Under the pieces are notes generated by a model. It searched no databases and was not told where the DNA came from. It was given only the letters and a program-made list of their open reading frames with translations. Shown in pieces: positions 9,924 through 17,990 of a DNA stretch of 32,636 nt. Within the stretch, counting starts at the first letter, position 1. The number at the start of each line of letters is the position of its first letter. The position numbers were made by a program, and so were the translations under genes. The DNA comes from Candidatus Desantisbacteria bacterium CG1_02_49_89 (GTDB lineage: Bacteria > Desantisbacteria > UBA1551): NCBI GenBank assembly GCA_001871075.1, contig MNUP01000130.1, forward strand, positions 1 to 32,636. The letters are read 5' to 3'.

Positions 9924-11153
9924 ATGGAGTTTATAGCGGATCTCCACGTTCATTCAAAATACAGCCGGGCTACAAGCCGCCAGATGGACATAGCCGGCAT
10001 TTCGAAATGGGCCAAACTGAAGGGCATAAAACTCATGGCCACCGGTGATTTCACGCATCCTGACTGGCTCGCGGAAATGCAGCGGGAGCTTGAGCCCGCC
10101 GGCTACGGGCTGTATAAAAAGGGGGATATTTATTTTGTCCTTACGGCCGAAGTCTGCAATAACTTCTACAAGGAAGGAAAAAATCACAGGATACACACCC
10201 TCGTGCTCGCCCCGTCTTTTGACGCGGTAAAAAAGATCAACCGCGACCTGGAAAAATACGGGAACCTTGAGTCGGACGGAAGGCCCATACTTGACATCAG
10301 CGCGAAAGACCTTGTAAAATCCGCGCTGAACGCGTCCGCGGACTGCCTCATAATCCCGGGCCATATCTGGACCCCGTGGTTTTCCCTTTTTGGCGCCAAC
10401 ACGGGCTTCGATAAGATAGAGGAATGTTTTGAGGACCAGACCAGGAACATCTTCGGCCTTGAAACCGGCCTGAGCAGCGACCCCATAATGAACTGGCGCC
10501 TCAGCGCCCTGGACCGCTACACGCTTTTATCCAATTCCGATTCGCACTCGCCTAAAAAGATAGGCAGGGAGGCGAACGTATTCGACTGCGGCCTTGATTA
10601 CAGGGAAATAACGGACGTGATTCGCAAAAAAGACAAGTCCCGCTTCCTCTACACCATCGAGTTCTTCCCGGAAGAGGGCAAATACCACTACGACGGGCAC
10701 AGGCTCTGCAACGTTGTTTTCGCCCCTGAGGAAACAAGGAAGCACAACTATATCTGCCCCGGATGCGGGAAACGCCTGACAGTGGGGGTGATGCACCGCG
10801 TGGAAAAGCTGGCTGATAGGGAAGCGGGATTCGTTCCTCCCAACGCGATCCCGTATAAAAATCTTATCCCGCTGGACGAAATAATCGCGGACGCTCTCGG
10901 GGTGGGCAAGGAATCGGTCCTGGTTGAAAGGGAGTATATGGCCCTTGTTTCAAAGGCTGGGACTGAATTCGACATCCTGCTGAAAATGACGGATATGGAG
11001 ATCAGGAAGAACATCCCGCAGAGGATCGCCGAAAACATAATCAACATGAGGCAGGGCAGGGTAAAGGCTTCCCCGGGTTACGACGGGGTTTACGGAAAAA
11101 TAGAGGTGCTGAAAGGGGAGACCAAGGAAGCCGAGCAGCTGAGTCTTTTTTAA
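9924..11153 (+). CDS. Endonuclease Q family (PHP domain) protein
   Basis: ADLHVHSKYSRATS, TGDFTHP, HIWTPWFS, ETGLSSD, SNSDSHS, GKYHYDGHRLC, a CPGCG zinc finger and PGYDGVYG. Confidence 0.9.
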   Translation: MEFIADLHVHSKYSRATSRQMDIAGISKWAKLKGIKLMATGDFTHPDWLAEMQRELEPAGYGLYKKGDIYFVLTAEVCNNFYKEGKNHRIHTLVLAPSFDAVKKINRDLEKYGNLESDGRPILDISAKDLVKSALNASADCLIIPGHIWTPWFSLFGANTGFDKIEECFEDQTRNIFGLETGLSSDPIMNWRLSALDRYTLLSNSDSHSPKKIGREANVFDCGLDYREITDVIRKKDKSRFLYTIEFFPEEGKYHYDGHRLCNVVFAPEETRKHNYICPGCGKRLTVGVMHRVEKLADREAGFVPPNAIPYKNLIPLDEIIADALGVGKESVLVEREYMALVSKAGTEFDILLKMTDMEIRKNIPQRIAENIINMRQGRVKASPGYDGVYGKIEVLKGETKEAEQLSLF

Positions 11154-11475
11154 GAGTCAGAGAGTCACAGTAGTGGCAGAGCTTGCTCTGCGAGTTCTTT
11201 CGTAGGGCAAGCCTTCTCGAAGACCCCCGCCAAACTGACTGGCGGGCAAGCTGCCAGTTTTGTTAGGAGGGAGGCTTGCGGGTAGCCGCAACCTTCAGGT
11301 TGCGTTTTATAGAGGCGGGGTTTATCCTGAACCTGCCGTGTCCGCCAAGTTTGTTAGGCGGAATGGTTCAGCGGCATGCCCGCCCTTTACAACTCCCCCT
11401 TTGTAAAGGGGGATTGAGGGGGATTTTGCGGCGCGGCGTTTCGTCGCGCATTGTAGTGGTCGAGCTTGCTCGACA
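11153..11475. repeat. Cluster of GTAG-headed REP-like palindromes and other hairpins
   Basis: GTAGTGGCAGAGCTTGCTCTGC (11170), GTAGGGCAAGC... (11202), GTAGCCGCAACCTTCAGGTTGCG (11282) and GTAGTGGTCGAGCTTGCTCGAC (11453). CTCCCCCTTTGTAAAGGGGGATTGAGGGGGATT (11393) has a near-identical copy at 6029. Confidence 0.75.
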
Positions 11476-11537
11476 ATTAATTAAGTATTGTGTCCCCGGA
11501 ATTCCATAACCACGCGATTACACGAGGAGTCTTAAAA

Positions 11538-12053
11538 ATGAGAGCGATCGTCCCGCAGGAAGTCCTCGAACAAAAGATTTTTCTAATTCGCAGCCAGAAG
11601 GTCATATTAAGTACCCATCTTGCTGATCTTTATGGGGTTGAGGCAAGGGAATTGATCCAGGCAGTTAAGCGCAACATCGAAAGATTTCCCGGTGATTTTA
11701 TGTTTCAATTGACAAATGATGAATTTAAAAACTTGAAATCACAAATTGTGATTTCAAGTTGGGGCGGTATGCGGCGCGCCAGACCTTACGCCTTTACTGA
11801 AGAAGGGATAGCTATGCTGTCCAGTGTTCTGCGGAGCAAGAGAGCCGTGCAGGTCAATATTGCCATTATGCGCACCTTCGTAAAGCTTAGAAACATTCTT
11901 TTAGCTCATAAAGAACTTGCTCATAAATTAAAAGAGCTTGAAAGAAAATTCGAAAAGCACGATGAAGAAATAATAGCAATCTTTAATGCGATCCGCCAGA
12001 TGATGGCGCCGCCGGAAAAAGTAAAACCGCGGATCGGCTTTAAGCCATACTGA
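11538..12053 (+). CDS. ORF6N domain DNA-binding protein (copy A)
   Basis: GAGGAG RBS before the ATG at 11538. IFLIRSQKVIL...LADLYGVE...QAVKRNIERFPGDFMFQLT...PYAFTEEGIAMLSSVLRS, a coiled coil, and the tail RIGF. Confidence 0.9.
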   Translation: MRAIVPQEVLEQKIFLIRSQKVILSTHLADLYGVEARELIQAVKRNIERFPGDFMFQLTNDEFKNLKSQIVISSWGGMRRARPYAFTEEGIAMLSSVLRSKRAVQVNIAIMRTFVKLRNILLAHKELAHKLKELERKFEKHDEEIIAIFNAIRQMMAPPEKVKPRIGFKPY

Positions 12054-12243
12054 AAATAATTAAGTATTGTGTCCCCGGAATTTTTACACAAAAGTTGAAG
12101 AAAAAATAAGGGACATTATGGGACATACTTAAGGGACATTAAGGGGCATTTGGAATTTTTTATCTTGCATCCCGTATCAAAATCTATCAGAATCTATCGC
12201 CGGAAGACGCCTGCCGAGAGTTTATGAGCAAATATTAGCTCCG

Positions 12244-12355
12244 CTAACAAAAGAAGAATTTTTGAGGTGCTAAATTATCACCTCAAACTTGAAGTGCCAT
12301 TTTGACACATCAAGCAGAGGGGGAAGAAGGTATTTACCCTATGTTTTTACAGAAA
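12244..12355 (+). pseudogene. ORF6N gene fragment (variable region only)
   Basis: Translates LTKEEFLRC*IITSNLKCHFDTSSRGGRRYLPYVFTE. Confidence 0.8.
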
Positions 12356-12376
12356 TAAAATAATCAGAGAGAAAAA

Positions 12377-13723
12377 ATGAAATTTAAGGAAAATGAAACT
12401 ATAGAGCTTAAAAAATCAACTTCAGAATTGAAAGAAGCAATCATTTCCATCAGCTCTATTCTGAACAAACATGGCAAAGGCACAGTCTATTTTGGCATTG
12501 AGGATGATGGTAAAGTTGTTGGACAGCAGATAGGCAAATCAACAGTTAAAGATATTTCTAAATGGATAACCGATCACATTGACCCTAAAATCTACCCTGA
12601 TATTAAAGTTCAGAAAATAGTCGGCAAAGATTGCATTGTTATTAATTTCAACGGACATGAAAATTTGTATTCAGCCTTTGGACGTTTTTATTTAAGAGCC
12701 GGGGATGAGAATAAAAAGCTTTCTACGAAAGAAGTTGAACGGCTTATTGCAAAAAAGCAGAACTATATTTATTCATGGGGTTTTCAAGTTTCAGAAATAC
12801 CAGTTTCTGTTGTCGATGTCCCAGCAATACGGGCATTTATTAAAAAAGGCCGGGAAGCAGGACGAATTAGCTGTGCATTTGATACGGCAAGGAATGTCTT
12901 GAACAAGTTAAACCTTGTAAAAGGCAATAAATTGCTCAATGCCGGAAAGGTTTTATTTTGTAAGAATAACAGTCTTGAAGTAAGGGCAGCAATTTTTGCC
13001 ACTAACGAAAAAACAACTTTTTTGGATATCCAACTGTTTAAAGGAACACTTTTTGATTTAATCAATCAATGCGAAGCATATATTAAAGAACATATAAACT
13101 GGAGTGCGGAGATAGTTGGATTTAAGCGGGTAGAAACTCCGGAAGTTCCGGTTAATGCTGTGCGGGAAGCCATTGTAAATTCCTTATGCCACCGCGATTT
13201 TGATAATCTTGGCGGGAATGAAATTGCTATTTATAAAAATAGAATAGAAATCTACAATCCCGGGCAATTTCCATATGATTATTCCCCTGATGATTTTATC
13301 CGGGGCAAAGAAAAAAGTCTTCCCAGAAATCCTCTGATTGCAGATACTTTTTATCTAACAAAGGATATCGAGAAGTGGGGTTCCGGATTAAAAAGAATCA
13401 GTGATGAATGTAGGGTTTCCGGCGTGAAGGTAGAGTTCAATAAGATTAAAAGTGGATTCGTGGTGATATTTTATCGCCCGCAAATCGAAAAGGGCATAGA
13501 AAAAGTCGGAGATGAGGGTGTAAATGAGGGTGTAAATGAGGGTGTAAAATTTCCATTGGAATACATTAGAAAAAATCCTGGCAAGAGAGCACCTTATATT
13601 GCAGGAATGCTTAAAGTCCCATTAAAAACACTTGAGCGCTGGTTGAAAAAACTGAAAGCAAAAGGAAAAATAAAATACGAAGGAAGCTCAAAGACCGGTG
13701 GATATTACGTTGTTGGTCAGTAG
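12377..13723 (+). CDS. AlbA_2 (Schlafen-like)/HATPase_c_4/winged-helix protein, often annotated as a RecG-like transcriptional regulator
   Basis: ENETIELKKS, GTVYFGIEDDG, REAIVNSLCHRDF, RIEIYNPG, RNPLIA and IEKWGSG, followed by a 12-bp repeat linker (EGVNEGVNEGV) and a C-terminal wHTH. Confidence 0.88.
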   Translation: MKFKENETIELKKSTSELKEAIISISSILNKHGKGTVYFGIEDDGKVVGQQIGKSTVKDISKWITDHIDPKIYPDIKVQKIVGKDCIVINFNGHENLYSAFGRFYLRAGDENKKLSTKEVERLIAKKQNYIYSWGFQVSEIPVSVVDVPAIRAFIKKGREAGRISCAFDTARNVLNKLNLVKGNKLLNAGKVLFCKNNSLEVRAAIFATNEKTTFLDIQLFKGTLFDLINQCEAYIKEHINWSAEIVGFKRVETPEVPVNAVREAIVNSLCHRDFDNLGGNEIAIYKNRIEIYNPGQFPYDYSPDDFIRGKEKSLPRNPLIADTFYLTKDIEKWGSGLKRISDECRVSGVKVEFNKIKSGFVVIFYRPQIEKGIEKVGDEGVNEGVNEGVKFPLEYIRKNPGKRAPYIAGMLKVPLKTLERWLKKLKAKGKIKYEGSSKTGGYYVVGQ

Positions 13724-13806
13724 ATAGGAAAATGGGCGCTGTCCCTACTTTCAATAAAACGTATCGGTCCCGACAAGGGCGGCCATTGGGAAGTGGTCGA
13801 AAAATC

Positions 13807-13982
13807 TTTTTGAGGTGCCAAATTGTCACCTCAAACTTGAAGTGCCATTTTGACACATCAAGTTGGGGTGGAACCCGTAAACTACCCTATACTTTTACCG
13901 AGAAAGGCGCGGCCATGCTTTCCGTCAACTTATGGCGCCACCGGAAAAAGTAAAACCGCGGATCGGCTTTAAACCATGCTGA
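13807..13982 (+). pseudogene. Internally deleted ORF6N remnant (variable region plus 3' end)
   Basis: FLRCQIVTSNLKCHFDTSSWGGTRKLPYTFTEKGAAMLS is joined, through a TCC microhomology and out of frame, to [19 protein letters not shown]. Confidence 0.85.
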
Positions 13983-14072
13983 AAAATAAATAAGTATTGT
14001 GCCCCCGGAATTTCAAAAAACAACCCTTTTGTTGTTTAGGTCGCAATTTGCGACCTTAAACAAGTCTTAAAA

Positions 14073-14600
14073 ATGAAAGCGATCGTCCCGCAAGAAGTTA
14101 TTGAGCAAAAGATTTTTTTAATCCACCGGCAAAAGATAATGTTAGATAAGGACCTGGCAGAGCTATATGGGGTAACCACGGGCAACCTAAATAAAGCGGT
14201 AAAAAGGAATGTTGAAAGATTCCCGGAAGATTTTATGTTCCAGTTAACTAAGAATGAGGAGAATTCTTTAAGATTCCAATTTGGAAGCTTAAAAAGAGGT
14301 CGGCATGCCAAGTATCTGCCTTATGCCTTTACAGAACAAGGTGTAGCCATGCTTTCGTCTGTGCTGAAAAGTAAGAGAGCCGTACAAGTCAACATTGCTA
14401 TTATGCGGGCCTTTGTAAAACTTAGAAACATCCTTTCCACCCATAAAGAACTTGCCTGCAAATTAAAGGAGCTTGAAAGAAAAACAGGAAAACATCTAAA
14501 AAAACACGATGTCGAAATCCAAGCAATTTTTGATGCAATCCGTCAACTTATGGCGCTGCCGGAAAAAGTGAAACCGCGGATTGGCTTTAAGCCATGCTGA
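14073..14600 (+). CDS. ORF6N domain DNA-binding protein (copy B)
   Basis: Paralogue of copy [48 protein letters not shown]. Confidence 0.9.
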   Translation: MKAIVPQEVIEQKIFLIHRQKIMLDKDLAELYGVTTGNLNKAVKRNVERFPEDFMFQLTKNEENSLRFQFGSLKRGRHAKYLPYAFTEQGVAMLSSVLKSKRAVQVNIAIMRAFVKLRNILSTHKELACKLKELERKTGKHLKKHDVEIQAIFDAIRQLMALPEKVKPRIGFKPC

Positions 14601-14746
14601 AAAATAAATAAGTATTGTGTCCCCGGAATTTAATACAACAACATTTGGAGAAGAACCTTAATTTTTAATGGGGAATAAAGATGACTTATAAGAAATTTGT
14701 AAAAGAATATTTATTTAAAGGATTTCTGAAAAGACAAAAATAAAAA

Positions 14747-16147
14747 ATGGCAGCAATTAAAAATTTTGATAAAAAAATTGGTGAGCTAAAACTACAATAC
14801 GGGAAAATTAACTGTCCGATAGTGTTTAATTTCCGTACTTTTTGTTCTTCTTGGGAATGGACTAAAAGGTCGGATGTGCTCACTCATCATATTCATAAGT
14901 ATCCCGCAAAACTCATTCCCTATATTCCAATATTCTTTTTGTCTTCCCAGATGTGTGCTAAGGATGATGAAGTAATGGATCCTTTTACTGGTAGTGGAAC
15001 CGTTCTTTTAGAATCCATAACTCATCCTTACTTTAAAAGAAATTGCTTTGGAATTGAAATTAATCCTTTAGCTCGGTTAATCGCAAAAGTCAAAACCACT
15101 CCTTTAGATCTCAAAAAATTACAAGATAAGGAAGAAGAATTATTCTTAAATTTGAAAAGAAAAGATATAAATCCAATTATCCCAGAATATGACAATCTTG
15201 ATTTGTGGTTTTCTGAGAATGCACAAAAAAAATTAGGTAAGCTAAGAGCATGTATTGAAGAACTTAAGGATGATGATTACAAAGATTTCTTTTTTGTATG
15301 TTTCTCCTCACTTATAAGAAAAGTATCATTAGCCGATCCTAATATTCCACCTCCGGTTGTTTTGAAACCGGACAAGTATAAGAAAGGTTCCTCTAGGTAT
15401 GATGAGATGAAGGATTTTCTAAAAAGAAACAGAATTCCTAATGTAAAAGCGTTATTCAAGCAATGCGTGAAGGATAATGAGAGGCGAGTTAAAAGCCTTT
15501 CTAATATAGAAGATGTTTCTAATGGCGTGGCAAAAGCAAGAATTGTTTGGGATGATTCGCGAGATCCTAAGATTGGAAGACTTGTAGCCAAAGGAAATAT
15601 TGAAAAAAAAGGCGCAAAGGTATTTAAAGAAAACAGTATAGGATTAATAATAACATCACCACCATACATCACTGCTCAGAAATATGTTAGAACGACAAAA
15701 TTGGAATTGCTTTGGCTAGGTTTGGTTGATTCAAAGTCCCTTATCGAGTTAGATAAGGAGACAATTGGAACTGAGAAAGTTAAGGTTGACGACAATCTTG
15801 TGAGAACAAACATAAAAATAATAGATAATTTATGTAATAAAATTGTAGATATTTCAAGAGAAAGAGCAATTATGGTTAATAGATATTTCAACGATATGAT
15901 TCTTGTAATAAGGAATTCCTACAAGATGCTTAAGAAAGATGGGAGAATGATCCTCATTGTGGGAAATAACAAAGTGTGTGGTTATAATGTGAAGACCTAT
16001 GGTATGCTGGCTGAAATAGGCGAGAGCATAGGATTCAGAAAAGAGATGGTAATAAAAGACAGGATTAGAAGCAGGGGGATGATTACAAAACGGCACAAAA
16101 AAGGTGGCTTAATCGAAGATGAGTATATTGTTGTACTTCAGAAATAG
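14747..16147 (+). CDS. DNA amino-methyltransferase, probably N4-cytosine type with alpha-like motif order
   Basis: IHKYPAKLIP, then the SAM-binding motif DPFTGSGT, then the catalytic motif ITSPPY. Confidence 0.88.
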   Translation: MAAIKNFDKKIGELKLQYGKINCPIVFNFRTFCSSWEWTKRSDVLTHHIHKYPAKLIPYIPIFFLSSQMCAKDDEVMDPFTGSGTVLLESITHPYFKRNCFGIEINPLARLIAKVKTTPLDLKKLQDKEEELFLNLKRKDINPIIPEYDNLDLWFSENAQKKLGKLRACIEELKDDDYKDFFFVCFSSLIRKVSLADPNIPPPVVLKPDKYKKGSSRYDEMKDFLKRNRIPNVKALFKQCVKDNERRVKSLSNIEDVSNGVAKARIVWDDSRDPKIGRLVAKGNIEKKGAKVFKENSIGLIITSPPYITAQKYVRTTKLELLWLGLVDSKSLIELDKETIGTEKVKVDDNLVRTNIKIIDNLCNKIVDISRERAIMVNRYFNDMILVIRNSYKMLKKDGRMILIVGNNKVCGYNVKTYGMLAEIGESIGFRKEMVIKDRIRSRGMITKRHKKGGLIEDEYIVVLQK

Positions 16148-16155
16148 GAGAAAAA

Positions 16156-17139
16156 ATGTTACAGATAATCCCTAAAATTAGTTTATTGAACGCTGAGAAA
16201 GAGTTCGAAAAGGTAATTAGTGGCATAGAATTAAGAGGTTACATAAACAAGCCACCTGTAAGCGTTACGGGAGGCATTCAATGGGACTTGGCAGAAGAGA
16301 AAATCAAATCTCTATCGATCGATGATATTACAAATATTTTTTGTCCTTCGAGAAGAGACATATATATGAAGCGAGTTTTGAAGATTAAAGGTAGTAAAAA
16401 TTGGGGAAGAGTAACAGGCCAACTTGTTGAATCCTGCATGTTCGGCTTTGCCGATAAATATAAAGACAATATCTCAATCAATAGGGTTAGAACATATGAA
16501 AGCTTATCGAAGAAAGCCAATCTTTTCATGGCAGATTTCTCTAAGAAAAACAAAAAAGAGGTCGCTGAGCTAACTAAATTCAAAAATAGTCCAGGGGAAG
16601 ATGAGGATTTGTTGCTACGTCAGTTAAATTATGCTTTGCGGTACGAACTAATCATGCTTCGAGCTACCCGAAAGCTGTCAGGAAATAAATCTGGCAGTGA
16701 GGTAATCCCACATATGAAAATAGAACCAAACACAAAAATATTAGGCATAAGCTCACCCTCCACACCTGATTTTGTTATTCCTGGCCTTTCTGCTATAGGC
16801 GATATCAAAACAGGTTTCGAATTTAAGGATTATTACCGCTTAGCGGCTGCTGGCTATGCATTAGCTTACGAAAATCAGAAGGGTGTAGGTAATGATATTA
16901 ATTTGGGACTCATATATTATTTCCCAACGAGAAAAAAAGATATATCTTTTGCGCATTTGTACATATTTGTAATTGATGACACTTTGAGACAGGAATTTCT
17001 AGATATGCGAGACAAGGCTTTGCTCGTTATGAAAGAGGCTTTTTCCGTTTCCAAGACCGTTCCTGCTTTAGCCGAGTTGGACAAGCATTGTATTTATTGT
17101 AAATATAGGAGCGAGTGCGATAAGTCGAGAAGAAAATGA
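16156..17139 (+). CDS. csa1: Csa1/Cas4-like PD-(D/E)xK nuclease with four Fe-S-type cysteines
   Basis: ELRGY..PP, 'SIDDI..IFCPSRRDIYMKRV', LGIS...PD, GDIKTG, 'RLAAAGYALAYE' and C-terminal CIYCKYRSEC all match my recollection of Csa1 (Cas4 family) motifs. Confidence 0.78.
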   Translation: MLQIIPKISLLNAEKEFEKVISGIELRGYINKPPVSVTGGIQWDLAEEKIKSLSIDDITNIFCPSRRDIYMKRVLKIKGSKNWGRVTGQLVESCMFGFADKYKDNISINRVRTYESLSKKANLFMADFSKKNKKEVAELTKFKNSPGEDEDLLLRQLNYALRYELIMLRATRKLSGNKSGSEVIPHMKIEPNTKILGISSPSTPDFVIPGLSAIGDIKTGFEFKDYYRLAAAGYALAYENQKGVGNDINLGLIYYFPTRKKDISFAHLYIFVIDDTLRQEFLDMRDKALLVMKEAFSVSKTVPALAELDKHCIYCKYRSECDKSRRK

Positions 17140-17990
17140 AGAAAAAAATCATACCTTTAATTAAAGAATATAGAATCCAAAAACTGTTTAAAGTATTGGT
17201 TTGCTTTGAGAAGTATCCATTTAACAGAGATGGTCTTAGGGAGTGCATACTCCAATTGTATAAAAGTAAAGAAGAAAAAAGTATATTTAGAGGAATGGTT
17301 ATTCCTTCTTTAAGACACCTGGGTCTTATTCTCGGGTACGATGAAGATTTAAGATTAAGCGCAAATGGTAATCTTATAGTAATTGCAAGAAAAAAGTCAG
17401 AAGAAGAGGGATTGAGAGTTTTTAGGGCAGTGTTAACTGAAATCGACGACCTAGATATAAAAATTCTAAAGATGACCATAAAGAGGAATATAGATTTTGA
17501 CAACCTTAAGTATAGCCTAATAAAGAAAATAGAGGCTCCTTCTGAAAAGCAAGCGAGAGAACGAATTAACCACTGGGTTTCTATGCTACTAGAGGCGGGG
17601 TTGTTGGTGAAGGAAAATGAAAAAAGAAGTATTGCGAAAGGATTGTTATCTCAAGTAGAAAAAGATTTGGATGTTAGTACCAAAAAAGAAAAGTTTGAGA
17701 AGGTATTTTTTGAGGTTTATGAGTCAATATTTAAAAAACAGGAAAACATACCTATAATTGATATACCAGATATCCGAACAGGGGTGACAGCAGCATTTTA
17801 TACAAGGCATAATTTAATTGTTACGGAGAAGCAGTTTGACGGACTTTTGCGGGGAATTAAATTTGCAGCTGACGATTACATAATATCACTCGGTAGAGCA
17901 ATGGGTGCTGAGGAGAAATTGTTCAAACACGAAAATAATTATTATAGAACGATTTCAATAAGATTTTTAAATAAGGAGGTAAAAATATGA
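17136..17990 (+). CDS. Hypothetical protein, possibly tandem winged-helix
   Basis: 284 codons, with ATGA overlaps to both neighbours. 'PSLRHLGLI...LRLSANG' and 'WVSMLLEAGLL' resemble wHTH ends. Confidence 0.75.
   Translation: MKKKIIPLIKEYRIQKLFKVLVCFEKYPFNRDGLRECILQLYKSKEEKSIFRGMVIPSLRHLGLILGYDEDLRLSANGNLIVIARKKSEEEGLRVFRAVLTEIDDLDIKILKMTIKRNIDFDNLKYSLIKKIEAPSEKQARERINHWVSMLLEAGLLVKENEKRSIAKGLLSQVEKDLDVSTKKEKFEKVFFEVYESIFKKQENIPIIDIPDIRTGVTAAFYTRHNLIVTEKQFDGLLRGIKFAADDYIISLGRAMGAEEKLFKHENNYYRTISIRFLNKEVKI

Larger units (their letters stand above)
11482..14630 (+). repeat. Four copies of the 22-bp direct repeat TAAGTATTGTGYCCCCGGAATT
   Basis: Copies at 11482-11503, 12061-12082, 13991-14012 (one T>C change) and 14609-14630. 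Confidence 0.95.

Noticed and set aside
11276-11537. ORF 11276..11509 and the GTG-started extension of ORF6N-A (11490)
   Set aside because: These are translations of palindromic repeats; the RBS and the paralogue support the ATG at 11538.
13511-13548. 12-bp repeat (EGVN)n as a phase-variation switch
   Set aside because: The unit is a multiple of 3, and such linkers are common in this protein family.
12244-14293. Diversity-generating retroelement (template/variable repeat pair)
   Set aside because: There is no reverse transcriptase in the window, and differences between copies are not confined to adenines and are compensatory across arms.
11482-14630. 22-bp repeats as a CRISPR array serving the Csa1/Cas4 gene
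   Set aside because: Spacing is 579-1930 bp and contains genes; I saw no repeat-spacer periodicity anywhere in the window.
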